The notes beneath the pieces are model-generated. The model ran no database searches and was not told where the DNA came from. It was given only the letters and a program-made list of their open reading frames with translations. Source: Mytilus californianus (lineage: Eukaryota). From it: a DNA stretch of 64,000 nucleotides. Positions 1 to 14,000 of this stretch are shown here, piece after piece. The position numbers were made by a program, and so were the translations under genes. The stretch lies in contig NW_026262659.1 in assembly GCF_021869535.1 (NCBI RefSeq), positions 5,084,001 to 5,148,000 of the forward strand, written 5' to 3'. The first letter of the stretch is position 1. Every line of letters begins with the position of its first letter.

Positions 1-391
1 AAGCATTTTTGCCTTCTTTAAAAGAAAGATTTTTGGGGAATATAGGAATCACTCTGTCTGACTGTATGTCCATGTGCCTTGTAAGCCAAACTCTTTCTAA
101 TTTGCTTGACAGATATTGATAAAACTTTGCACAGTTGTAGAGCACTTCCTGAGGATGTGCATAAAGGAATAAAATTCCTGGCTAACCTATTGAAGGGGAG
201 ATAATTAAATATACTTACTGCAATGTACTAATAGTTTTGCAGGGCAGGGGATCTCTTTTTGTGAGTTTATTCAATGTTTTAGCTTTCTGTTTGTGCTAGA
301 AAATGATCTGTAGGAGAACTGGGTATAATGTCATTAAAGTGTTAAAGTTTTCAGCAGAAATGTTTGGACACATCTATTATGATAAAGAAAG

Positions 392-523
392 CAGTGGCAG
401 ATCCAGAAATTTTCATTAGCGGGGGCACTGACTGCCTCAGAGTCATGCCTCAGTGATTCGCTATATAATCAACAATATTTTCCCCACAAAAGGGGGGGGG
501 GGGGGGCCCTAAATCCGCCCCTG
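392..523. mobile_element. Short MITE (cagtggc(a)gatc..aatccgcccctg)
   Basis: Imperfect TIRs, internal G-run, and gaaag on both flanks (387-391, 524-528). Confidence 0.45.
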
Positions 524-3500
524 GAAAGTAAGTATAATCTCTAACTGAGAAACTAAAACTCTTGCTAAATCTCAAGGTATAATGTTTGTGTGATTGATTG
601 AAGTCTGCTGATATGTCCAGTAGCTAAAATACGTCAAATATGCAAGCTCACAAGGCAATTTTCAGTAGTAATACATCTTATTACATGGTACACCTGGTGG
701 GATTGGATTAGATACAGTATTATATTATTATTTGTGCATATGAATAAGTATATCATGGAAAATGTCTTAAATAAAACTTCTAATGACTATAGAATTAGAT
801 GAAAACAATTTAATCTTAACTCTTAGTTTGTTTAGCACTCAGTAACATATACTAACAGACCACTTTCAAGTTCGTTGCATTTCCATCAAAAAGTTTGGTT
901 TGAGTGAGCATCATTCATGCATTTAGGGGCATCGCCACTTCCTTCCCATGTTGAGCGAGTGGTTGAAAAAAATATGTGCTATATTGCACAAATTGTTCAG
1001 CAAATTAAAATCTTATAATTGATAATCAGCACTGCTGCATTAGAGAATTGTGATTAGGTACATAAGGAATAAACATTATTTCTAGTTTATCCTGCATAAT
1101 GACGATCACAAAAACACTTGATGAACTTTGATAGTGCAAGTAAATAGGTGGTCTCCTCTATCTGGTTAATGACGTCATACATGCGCGCATAATTGAGAAC
1201 TTTTCCAGTGAAGGACATAACTGGAAAGTGGTCTATTGTAAAGTCTTTGGTTTGAGCCAATCAGGAATTGAACCATACCTCAAAGCCAGTATTATACGAG
1301 ATGACTGGCATCTCCAGTTAGGGGTTAATAAGTCTTTGACGATGTATGGTTATGAAAATAATTAAGTTAATGAAAAATTTTATTTGGAAGGTATTGAAGT
1401 GTGAATATCATTTATTAAACTTAAATGATAATTGAAGCAATAAAAATACAATTAGTATGGGATTTAAGAATTATATGTTTTTAATAAAAATAAGAAGTTA
1501 CAACTATCAAAATATTGCTATTATTAAAATATTAAGAATGTTTAAAGTCATGACTTGACTGATTTACAGTAGATCTTCCCTTAAATTGTCTGAAATTCCA
1601 CAACAAAAATCTAGATTTTTTGTACAAATCTTGGCTGGGTTGCAGTCAAATCATAAAAATTTTAATTTTTAAAAGGTTTGATTGAATTTGTTGTATTTTG
1701 TTTATTTATTAAGCACTTATAATTTAAACAAGGTTGAATTTTTTTTTGTTTAACCCAGTCCTTATTTTTGACCTCCTTAAAATGTCGTCACATGTAATCA
1801 ATAGGGTACTTGTGCCAAATAGGGCATGCAGATAGGCAATAAAACAAAGCATATATAGATTGGATTTAGGGATGAATTAGCAAAATTAAAAAAAAGAAAT
1901 CCATAATTTTTTTGGGTTCTACTTTAATTTTTAATTAATATTTTGTTTTAGACATTTTAAATATCATTTGAATACCTGGAACAGTATGTAATAATAAATG
2001 GGTCATTACAGTCTATTTAAAAAATGTATTTGATATGTAAAGTAGTTTTGCCAACAGTATGGAAACCTTGATAAAATTAAGCTAGCATAGTGCAAATATG
2101 TTTATGTGTTTGGAATGTGATTCATAATTCTGGAAAGGGAATACACCAGGATTTTACTGGGTGAGGTAATGCATTAATAAAAGAAAATTGTTGTTCATAA
2201 ATTCCTTCAATTTGTAGACTTTTGATTTGTGGAAAAATAATCAGATTATTTTCTTATTAGGTTATTACTGTAACAGTGAAAACTATTTAAATTGAGCTCT
2301 GTTTAAATTAGGAAAATATCCACGAATATGCAAGTTTTCCTCAAACCACGAAAATTGGTTCCCACGAAAATAAATCAATCCACAGTATATGATATGCAAG
2401 CGGGGGGGGGGGCATCATCTGTGGACACATGTGGACACAATCCACATTTATTTTTTAATAATACAGTTCATGGTATATATGATTTATTTGTGGCAGATCC
2501 TTATCACAGCAATTTAGAAATACTTTGTGGTTTAATTAATGCCCAGATAACTTTGTGTGCCCTGTGGTTAACTAAATATAACAGTGTTAAAAAAATAAAA
2601 ATTGATACCAATTTACTGGTGAATTGGTAAAATATCTGACCTAATGAACAGTTTGGTTTGATGACAAAAATTGGGTCAGAATTTTTAAAGAATTGCAATA
2701 GTTTGAGAGAAACTTTTACAGTCAAGTCACAGTTTATTCTTGAAAAACAGGAATAAAAAAAGAACCTAGTTTAAGATTGACCAAGCTAAATTGTGGTAAT
2801 TTGCCAAGTGTGAAACAAATTGAAATAGATTAATTTTAACAAAGTCATATCATTACATCAAGTTTTAAGAACAATTACCTGGTTGATTTAGAGTTGACCA
2901 TTTGAATGGATGCTTGTCTATCATTGTCTCTTAAGTTGTAGATCATAATTAGTTTCATTGTTTTTTTGATGAGATTAACAATTTGCAAAGACATGATAAG
3001 AAAACCCCTAAGAAATTTAAAATCAAGTACTATTTTAACTAGGTCGTGTAATAGGATGTTATTTGGTTAGTATGCAAAGACTTTAAATGTACTATCATGT
3101 ACCTGTTGACTTTGGAATAGTACAAAAACTAGGGTAGGAACAGCTAGAAAAATACAAATGCTAAGGGAATATGTGATTCATCAATTTGGAATTTGAAAAC
3201 ATACCAGATTTTTCTGTATGAGGTAATGCATTCATAAATGAAAATTTCTACTTCTAAGCTAACCCTTTGACTCATGGAAATAACCAGAAACTGTTTTCAA
3301 ACAGTAAAGGTCATTATTTCATTATATGGGCCTCAGAGTTTTCAACCTTTCACTGACTCACACAGTTTTTGTGTCAGTTGGCAAAAAATGAAAATCTGAA
3401 TTTTGCTAAGTTATAATGTATGTTGGCTTTGGGTAATAGAGTACATGTTTAGTTCTTATAACTCCTCCTATACTTATAGCACTTAGAAACTTTTCATGAT

Positions 3501-4073
3501 GTATTAAAAATAATGCATATTTAAATAATGGTAGCTGTACAAAATTTTTTTAACAGCTAGAACATAACATTTTTAAAAAAAATCATCATTTATTTATCAT
3601 TATCAGTACCAGATTCTATAGATCTGTTATAGTTGTTAAAATAGATTTGCAAAATTTTGCATAGTATAAAAACTAAAAAAAAAAACCTTTCTTGTTTATA
3701 AAAGATTTTTTTTTTTAGTAAACTCCATTATTTTCTCATTTAGTTGAGCCAAACTATTTTAAAAGTTCAAAAAGAAGGTAATGACTTAAATTAACCTTTA
3801 AAATCAAATATGTGTTGAATAGGAGTCATTATCAAGTCATTGCCATGATTTCCTTATAATACTGGCACCACTGTATTTATAATGTATCATCAATTTTACT
3901 CAGAGACTTTTAGAAATGCTATTACTGAACATATAATCATTGACTGAAGAATATCTTGTGATAAGCCTGCTCAGAAAGGTTAGCATGCTTATGTTAACAT
4001 TTGTATCCTGTGGTTAACCAAATATGAGGGTACCGCAAAATCAAAATTGACATCAATTTACTTGTGAAACTGT

Positions 4074-5479
4074 CCGAAGACACATTGGTTTTCGCACTCT
4101 AACTTTAGTTTAAGTGAATGGATCTCTATGAAATTTTACCATAAGGTTCAATACCACAAAAGGAAGGTGGGGATTGATTTTAGGGGTTATGGTACCAACA
4201 GTTAAGGAATTAGGGGCCAAAAAGGGGCCAAAAATAAGCATTTTTGTAACTTCCAGACATAACTTGTGTGTTAGTGTACGGATCTCTCTGACATTGTACC
4301 ACAAGGTTCCATATCACAAAGGGAATGCTGGGATTGATATTGGGGGTAATTGCCTCAAAATTTTAGGAATTAGGGGCCAAAAAGGGGCAAAAAACAAGCA
4401 TTTTTCTAGTTTCATGACAATAACTTGTGTGTAAGTGTACGGATCTCTCTGACATTGTACCACAAGGTTCCATATCACAAAGGAAATGCTGGGATTGATT
4501 TTAAGGGTAATTGCCTCCAAATTTTAGGATTTAGGGGCCAAAAAGGGGCAAAAAACAAGCATTTTTCTAGTTTCATGACAATAACTTGTGTGTAAGTGTA
4601 TGGATCTCTCTGACATTGTACTACAAGGTTCCATATCACAAAGGGAAAGATGGAATTGAGTTTGGGGGTAATTGCCTAAAACGTTTAGGAATAGTGGGCC
4701 AAAAGGGGCCAAAAAGAAGCATTTATCTAGTTTCCAGACAAATAACTTGTGTTCAAGTGTATGGATCTCTCTGAAATTGGACTGCAAGGTACCATACCAC
4801 AAAGGGAAGGCTGGGATTGATTTTGGGGGTAATTCCCTCAAAATATTAGGAACTAGGGGCCATAAAGGGGCAAAAAAACAAGCATTTTTTTAGTTTCAGG
4901 ACAATTACTTGTGTGTAAGTGTATGGATCTTTATGAAATTGTACTGCAAGGTTCCATATCACAAAGGGAAAGCTGGGTTTGAGTTTGGGGGTAATTGCCC
5001 TAAACGTTTAGGAATTTGGGGCCAAAAAGGGGCCAAAAAACAAGCATTTTTCTAGTTTCCAGACAATAACTTGTGTTCAAGTGTATGGATCTCTCTGAAA
5101 TTGTACTGTAAGGTACCATACCACAAAGGGAAAGCTGGGATTGAGTTTGGGGGTGATGAATCATAAGGGGGTTAAAAAAATTTGGGGGGGGGATTTTTTT
5201 TCTCCTTTTTTTTCTTTAAAATTTTCCATTTTAAATTGGTTATTTCTGATTTATATATAAAAGCAAATAATAATGATATGGTTTGAATAGGTAAATTAAA
5301 AAATTTTAAGTTCTTAGACCACATTCATTCTGTGTCAGAAACCTATGCTGTGTCAAATATTTAATTACAATCCAAATTCAGTGCTGTATCAAGCTTGAAT
5401 GTTGTGTCCATACTTGCCCCAACTGTTCAGGGTTAGACCTCTGCAGTCGTATCAAGCTGCGCCCCAGCGGAGCATTTTA
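4074..5479 (+). mobile_element. Non-autonomous Helentron-associated element (HINE-like), 5'-truncated, with about 7 internal 161-bp tandem repeats
   Basis: Units start with gatctct at 4121, 4281, 4442, 4603, 4764, 4926 and 5088. The 3' end ctgcagtcgtatcaagctgcgccccagcggagcatttt matches the 3' end of the copy at 19065-20420. Confidence 0.75.
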
Positions 5480-5687
5480 TTGGTATATTTGTGTATAACA
5501 ATTACTGACAGATCAAGTTTGCATTTCATTAGGTATGACCTAGTTTTTAAGGAATTAAAGTACTTGGACATAGAAAACTTAATAAAATATGTAATTATTA
5601 AGACTTTTTTGTAGATGCAGTAGATCTGCAGCTTTCTTTTAGTATATTTGTATATTATGTTAACTAACAGATCAATCACAGAAAACT

Positions 5688-6760
5688 AAATATTAACTAA
5701 CTTGAACCAGACACCCCACAGGAAACTATATATTGACTAACTTGAACCAGACACATCACAGAAAACTAAATATTGACTAACTTGAACCAGACACATCACA
5801 GGAAACTATATATTGACTAACTTGAACCAGACACCTCACAAGAAACTAAATATTGACTAACTTGAACCAGACACATCACAGAAAACTAAATATTGACTAA
5901 CATGAACCAGACACATCACAGGAAACTATATATTGACTAACTTGAACCAGACACCTCACAAGAAACTATATATTGACTAACTTGAACCAGACACATCACA
6001 GAAAACTAAATATTGACTAACTTGAACCAGACACATCACAGGAAACTATATATTGACTAACTTGAACCAGACACCTCACAAGAAACTATATATTGACTAA
6101 CTTGAACCAGACACATCACAGAAAACTAAATATTGACTAACTTGAACCAGACACCCCACAGGAAACTAAATATATATTGACTAACTTGAACCAGACACAT
6201 CACAGAAAACTAAATATTGACTAACTTGAACCAGACACCCCACAGGAAACTAAATATATATTGACTAACTTGAACCAGACACATCACAGAAAACTAAATA
6301 TTGACAAACTTGAACCAGACACCCCACAGGAAACTAAATATATATTGACTAACTTGAACCAGACACATCACAGAAAACTAAATATTAACTAACTTGAACC
6401 AGACACCCCACAGGAAACTATATATTGACTAACTTGAACAAAACACCTCACAGAAAACTAAATATTGACTAACTTGAAACAGACACATCACAGAAAACTA
6501 AATATTGACTAACTTGAACAAGACCCATCACAGAAAACTAAATATTGACTAACTTGAACAAGACACATCACAAAACTCTAAATGTTGACTAACTTGAACC
6601 AGACACCTCTCAAAAAACTAAATGTTGACTAACTTGAACCAGACACATCACAGAACTCTAAATGTTGACTTACTTGAACTAGACACATCACAGAATTATA
6701 AATATTGACTATCTTGAACCAGACACATCACAGAATTATAAATATTGACTAACTTGAACC
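5688..6760 (+). repeat. Minisatellite, 40-bp unit (about 26 copies) with higher-order structure
   Basis: Unit gactaacttgaaccagacacatcacagaaaactaaatatt; 120-bp trimers at 5761-6120; alternating 40/45-bp units at about 6121-6420. Confidence 0.95.
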
Positions 6761-6764
6761 TTAG

Positions 6765-7085
6765 TTCAAGGATAAGCAGTTCCTTCTCCACTAGTGGCAC
6801 TTGTTTTAGAACTCCTTGCAAGCAGACATTAGGTGATAAGTCACATTCGATGATGTCTCAATCATGGAAAAGAGGACTGGATTGTGGTTCTGACAATTGA
6901 AACATATCCATGGTCATCTATGACAAATATTCCATAACAATCAACCAAATTAAGATTGCCTCTATAAAACTTTCAAAGGGATGACTTCAGCTTTACAATT
7001 TGGAACCCTTGGTTATATAACATCTTTGTAAGCAATATGACCCTCTGTTAAGAAAATCATGAAAGGAAACAGAAGCTGTGGAATA
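6765..7085 (-). mobile_element. Penelope-like (Naiad-type) retroelement fragment, RT C-terminal part
   Basis: Minus strand reads approximately ASVSFHDFLNRG..LLTKMLYNQGFQIVKLKSSL*KFYRGNLNLVDCYG. The same motif (EFQVVKLESSLRKFYRRHHELVDRYG) occurs at about 53400-53480. Confidence 0.6.
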
Positions 7086-8019
7086 TTAAACTTAACTATC
7101 TTGTTTTCTGTTAATCCTGTTGTAGATGTATATACAGCTCTTTTGGAAAGGAAAACAATTTAATGATGATAATTATGATTTACACTTACAGGTATTATGG
7201 TAACAATAATTTACAATTGGAAATTGCCTTTTATAGAAATTTTATTATAAGCCACAACAATCAAGGATCTAAAACACTTTTATTATAAAATGTAATATTA
7301 CATAAATAAACATGTATATTTACAACAATGCATGATAGTAAAATGAGAAGTTGATAAATAGGCCATTTTACAGTCAAATAAGACTAACACACATATGAGA
7401 TGGACATAAACTTAATGATATTGATGATGGCAGTATATTAACATAATACAAAGCAAAAAGCCCTATCAACATTTGTCATTACAAACAAAATGATATTAGA
7501 TTAAGAACTGATTTTGCTTGTCTTTGAGATTTCACATAGATTTTTTCATACAGTCCATCAACTATCTTCAACATCCTACAACCTGAGTATAATTAAACTA
7601 GCTTTACCAATATCCACCTCTCTGACCTAGTTCTTATGACCAGTTCTCCAAAAATAGAAGGTGTTTTGTGAAATTTGCTTGATTTAAAACATATATAATG
7701 CGACTTATTAATTACATTTTGTTTGGGATATCTGAGTTCCCAAATAATTTCTTGACTTAAAACTTATATGATTTCCACAATATTGTTATATTTTAAATGG
7801 GGAATTGGCAAAGCATTGGCTGGTAGTATTAACATCTTGCTCGAGTCCTATGAAAAGTATATTGGCATTGTTATTTTTTAGGAAATCACAATTATTTTCA
7901 TGATAAGCTATAGCAAACTTTATAACTAATTCTTGGAAATATTTGAAATCAAGTGTAAGGAAACTTATACTTTCATAGGAAACAAGAATTTTAATTCCTT
8001 GACCTAATTTGAGATGTTG

Positions 8020-11000
8020 TTATAACTTCATTTCAGATTTTGTTAATTCAATAGATATTTTGATCCCAGCCACTTTGTCAAAGACAAATTTATTTTTGTC
8101 ATTTACACACTGTGTTGCCTTTTTCTGCAGGTAATTGCTTGCTCTTTTACTCCATGGAATAATTAGGTCACTGTCACCTAATCTCAACAGATTGCTATAA
8201 TCATCCAGGTCTGTCAGAAGGATAATTGGTCTTGTGTTCAGTTGACATGTACAAGGTACTTGGAATTGAACCTTTTGTTTTTTAAAAGTTTCCTTAGAGA
8301 TCAAATCTTTCCATATGATACCATCCACTGTCGTTGTGTTACCAGCCATTGACGTGTTTATATTAGCAATCTTCAGAACTGAAAGTAAAATTTAATTAAA
8401 ATGTTTTCTATAATCAACATAATTTTAGCTGATATGTTTTATTTAAAAAGCAAAAATGTCTTTTTTACATTCTTTTAAATGTCTATTTGTATTGTTAGTC
8501 AAGCTATGAAAATGGTGAGAATATTGGGAATTTTTCAAATAGTATTTTTTGTAAAATTTTGAGAAAAAGACATGTTTCTTTAGACATCTTGTTTTGTGGT
8601 CCCTTTACAGCATGTCAAATGTTTTCAAGTGTTTTATGTACTGTTACAAATACTTGATATATTTTTGCATTCGAAGGCAGTATTCAATATTATGATAATA
8701 GTTTAAAAATAATTCTGGCATTTTTCTATCAAATCTAGTAATTTATTTTAAACTTACCAAATTGTTTACATAGATTAGTAGCTGACTCCAGAAATAGTTT
8801 GACATTCTCGATGCGGTGTAAGTAACAGTAAGAACATATTCCATAGTCTGTATGCCTAGGCAGTGTAGGATGGATCTCATCTATATACTCTATGCTATTT
8901 TGATGACAGCTGTTAATATAATGTAAAACATTTAAAAGTCAGTATTTAATTTCAGATTGTGTTTGACAAAAAGTCTACAATAAAAAACCTGCCAAAACCA
9001 AATAAGAATCCAAAATGATTAAATGTATTAAAATATTTGCAGTAAATATACTCAAATCTATTTTTAAAGAAATTTTATTTGTAAGCAGACTTGAAAGTAA
9101 GCTTACCCAAGATGTAAATACTGGGATATAAATAAATGTTATATATAATTAGTTTACTGACTTTGAAAACTTTTAAAATTCATATTACATCAGACTTATA
9201 ACCAAGTTTATGGATGTTTAATGTTAATATGTGCTGTTGTGAATATCAAAAGCTTTAGCTTTTATTCTTTATATAAAGTATTTACTATTTCCCTGTTTTT
9301 ATTTGTATTTCCCATTTACATTACTTCAACACTCCACAACAAAACATGGATGTTTGCATTCTTTGATAGAATATTGTGAGTGTAACTGGAAGCCCCATTA
9401 AAATACATTATTTTCTTACCTCTGTTTGTTTGTTTTTAAGTAAATTGTGTTGTCACAACAGATCTTTGTAGTCTTGTTATAACTTTTTATTCCACAGCAA
9501 TCTCTTCCTTCATCTAACCCCATCTTATCCAAAACTCCTTCACAGCATAGGTCTGAGGTCTCATTATATTGGTCGTTACCACACATATCAGTTTTATTAA
9601 TAATACCACCCAGCTGGCATCTATGTGTAATACTTGAATAGGACTGACTTTTCTCAAGGTCAGAAGGAACACAGCATGTGTCATGGTATTCAACAGATTT
9701 TGTAATTATTTTAAATGTTTCATGATTGAAGTTGTGTTTTGTGCAGCAAACATCTTCATGGCTGTCATAACTGGCTTTTCCGCAGCATTTGTATTCAGAA
9801 GATTTAACAATAATGTCGCCTCCTGTTAAAAAAAATATTTCTACTATAAAAAAGCCCATTTGCATGCCTAATATTTAAATTATGGATTCCTTATATGGCA
9901 AACTGCACAGAAATAATCCATTTTAGGAAGCTTGAGTTAATGTTTTGTCAAGTTGATGAGTTACTTGTTAGATTTCAAACCTCCAAAGAGGGAGATGGTA
10001 AACAATATGTCAGGGTGGTTATGGGCAATGAAACTTGGGTGGACGGCATGAATATTTTAAAACTACAATTATATCTAAAATGAAGTAAAATGAAGATAGC
10101 TGTGATAAGAATTAGTGAAAAAATAAAGTATCATAGGAACAACAACTTTATAATTAAAAAATAATAAGAATAGTAACTCCTCAAATCGTGAGACAGTATA
10201 AACCATCCACACCCGGCCGAGTGTACTGCATAAGAATAAGTCAGAGAAGAACTCAACACAGTAATCTGCTTGCATGCAATACGTAATCTATTAAAAATAA
10301 ATTATTTTTTGTGGGCTTCAATTTCTTAATACTTCATCACGTAAAGTTTGTCATGACTAAGTTTTAATTGGAGTGAAACAAATGTGTAATAGATGATGTA
10401 GCCACACAAACTACTGGTCTTAATCAGTAATGAAATGATGTTATACTCTTTCAATAACCATATAAATAAAGAATTTTCATATTCTATATCAGTGTGATTT
10501 TTGCCGTGCTTAATCAGTTATTTACCAGGTTTACAACACTGGTGAGAGGATGTGTTGTATATTACACTCCCACAACATGATTGGTATTGACTGTCATACA
10601 ATCCATTCCCACAACAGTCCTCTGTTGATGATGTTATGTTGATAGGGAGCCCATTGCAACACTTCTGACTACTTGGATGGTAATGGCCTACATTAAAAAT
10701 ATGTTTTTGTAGAATAAATTGAATGCAGTTGTCAAAATTGTACATTCAGACCCTTAATTTTCAAAAGTTGAGTAAAAAATTTCAGAGGTCATCCCTACAA
10801 GTTGTCTGTTCAATGATAATGTATTTGCTTTCCAACCTTTGTATTCATCCTCCAACAAGTTCTGAGTGAAATATTAATCAAGAAATGTGTGAAAGAGATT
10901 ACATTTTCAAGAAAGGAGATTATTAAATTTTCATAGATGTTGATATAAGTCTACAGTATCACTGTAGCCTATCAACACTGAGGTTGTGAGTTAGAACCCT

Positions 11001-14000
11001 GCATGTGGCAGGTGAATTCAACTCTGATGTTAATTGACTAGGATTGCCAGTTTGTCTGCCAAAGGTAGATGATTTTCTCTGGTCACTTTGGCTTCCTCCA
11101 CCAATAAAATTTGGCCGCCACATGATAGCCAAGAGTGCTGAGCATGGGGTTAAACACTAACAATCCAAACATAGGTGTTTGTACATTCATCCCAGGGTTT
11201 CCAACATACAGGAATCAGTCTACTTTTTTAAAGCTATCTCGGAATACAAATCTTAAATACAATAAATAGAAAATAGAAAAAAATACCTTTTTCACAGCAC
11301 TCAGTATCATGTGGTATGGTAAAACTTCCATCACAACATTTTTCATCAATTGTATTATACAACTTTGTGCCGCAACATTTATAATGCTCATCACTATCAC
11401 TGACATTATGTAACATTGTGGAGCAACATTTCTGTTTCCTAATGTCATACTCGGTGTTGTTACATAAGGATTTAAATAAGGGTAGGACAATTTCTTCCTT
11501 ACTGGATTTACAGTAATGTGTTGTTTTGTTGTAATATTCAACCCCACAACATTTCTTATGAGTTCCTATGCTGTGTGACTTTTTATTACCATTTCTATCC
11601 CTACAGCAAGTTGTTGTTTTTTGGTCAATAGGTGTTGAACCACAGCAACTGTTGATACCTGGATATAGAAATAAAATAAAAATACTATAAAGACTCATTG
11701 GAATTAGTTGCACTATGATGAAAGAAATAAACCACTATATTAATTTCTTTGATGGACTGAAAAAATTCAATAAGTTTTATCTTTAATAGAAATAAATAGA
11801 TTGATCTTTTAACAAGGGCATCAATATCTGTTAAGAAAAAAAAAGATCTCCTGAAAAACCATTCATTGTGAATTTTTTCTAAGACTACTAAAATGTTTAA
11901 AATTTAATCACCTAATTTGAGTAATCTTTAATTTAATTTTATTCTTTCATAAGGTCATTTTAAGATTAACACTAAAAAGTAAAATAACAAAAATACAGTC
12001 CCTTACCAAATGGCAAAATCAAAAGCTCAAACACATCAAACGAATGGAAAACAACTTTCATATTCCTGACTAATGGTACAGGCATTTCCTTATGTAGAAA
12101 TGGTGGATTAAACCTGGTTTTATAGCTAGCTAAACCTCTCACTTGTATGACAGTCACAGAAAATTCCATTATATTGACAATGATGTGTGAACAAAACAAA
12201 AAGACATACCCCGGTAATAGGTAAAAATGTAAAAAATAGGGGTACAGCAGTCAACATCGTGTTATAATCTTAATCTATTTAGTTACCATATTACCATTAA
12301 TTTTGTCATGCAAGATGTTATTGCAGCAGACTTTTTGTGACTTTTGGTAAGGGATAGCTCCACAACAGCTTACTTCTTTACCATCTTCTGCAAGCTTTTT
12401 GAACACATCCTTTTTACAACATATCTCAGTGTCAACAATGAATCTTTTTTCTAAAGATCAAAAATAAAGTATGGATTTGATATTATTTTATTTATAAATC
12501 TTGTCTCAGCCAGTGGGTTCAATGTGTGTTTTTTGTTGTTTTTATTCAATGATTAAGGTTGTTACATTAATTGTCATATATTTACTAGTGTCTATACAAA
12601 GTCAAGCAATCTGTACCATGTGTTATTTTGTATTATAGTAGTCTATTTTCTTGGAGGAAACTTGGTAGATCATGTGATCCTTTTTTATGTATATGTGACA
12701 ATAAGAAAAAGAAACCTAAACAAAACTGAACAACATTCTTCATAGAAGTTTTATGTTGATTGAATTTAAGATATCATTCTTATAAAAAGCTGACATAGCT
12801 TCTGAAAATGAGATTCAGTAGAACTAATTTTTAGAACATGAAAGTGTTCAGTCTGAAAAGACACGCATAGAATGTTGGTACCAGTGCCAAAACATATTAT
12901 TCTTATGGATTGGCCGTCCTTACTATGTTCCCTTTCCTTATTGAAAGTTTTGGTGGATTAGATGTTTATATGATACACAATGTGTATAATATTTTTTTCA
13001 GACATGCTGAATCATAAAAATATTTGTTTTGTTTACGTGCAAATTGTCACAATAATATTATAGGAGACCTTGAACTATTCAAAAAATTGTACTGTCATCT
13101 TCCTGTTTACGTAATAGGAAACTTATATAATGACAAATATCCAATCAGTTTCAAAAGTAAAATCCTCACAAAACTTACCACTACAGCAATCTAACTCCTG
13201 TCCATGTTTGTTGAATTTGGATGTTACTCCAGAATCACAGCACAGTTGTGTTTCTGAGTCATATTCTTCCCATGAAGACATGCATCTTTCTGCTTCTACA
13301 ATCACTAATGTTAACACTGAAATGTATAATAAAACATCAAGGTTAACACAGGAAGATTGATTGATTTTTATCTATTTGATCAAGCTGACGCACTGTATAT
13401 AGTAAGCCTTTCAGTCTGTCTAATATAAAAACAAAAAGATGTGGTATGAATGTCAATGAGATGACTCTTCACAAGAGACCAAATGACTAGAATTTTACAA
13501 CTATAGGTCACTGTAGGGCCTTCAAAAATCAGCAAAACCTAGGAAAGTCAGCTATAAAAGGCCCTGAATGTAAACAATTCAAACGAGAATACTTGATAAA
13601 ACAAAAAAGAAAAAAAAACAAATATGATATACAGCAACAAATGACAACCACTGAATTACAGGCTCCTGACTTACGACAGGTACATACAGAATGTGGGGGG
13701 GGGGGGGGATAATAGTCTATTATTCTTTCTATAGTTCACATGTATGTCTGCTTTTCTTCAAGTTAAATCTATTTTAAAGAAGTGATGAAGGCTTGCTTCA
13801 ACAACCAGACAATAAGATAGATCCAATTGATCAGAAGTGCTTGATTCTTATTTTTGCTCTTGACATCTCCCTCGGTTAAAGTTTGATTTGTTCAGCTTTA
13901 TTTTATAGTATATAAGTTTACTTGTTTATATCATTTTTAAAAGTCTTTTACTGTATACTGTAACTTTCAACCCTTTTGAATATAAATGAAAGGAGATGTC

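Noticed and set aside
1240-1285. tRNA-like motif (gtctttggtttgagccaatcaggaattgaacc)
   Set aside because: Too decayed to fold as a tRNA; at most an antisense SINE head remnant.
4110-4893. Overlapping short ORFs on both strands (also 18497-20709)
   Set aside because: They lie within HINE tandem repeats and recur with the repeat; no protein motifs.
5688-6760. CRISPR-like appearance of the regular arrays (also 24655-25545, 29911-30386)
   Set aside because: Units are head-to-tail with no unique spacers, there are no cas genes, and the context is eukaryotic.
9180-9400. Possible extra or decayed galaxin exon (minus-strand MFCCGVLK)
   Set aside because: One CCG only, many stops, and no usable splice pair; exons 9420 and 8909 already join in phase.
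9895-10275. Short ORFs in the galaxin-gene intron
   Set aside because: No cysteine-repeat pattern, splice support or recognisable domain.
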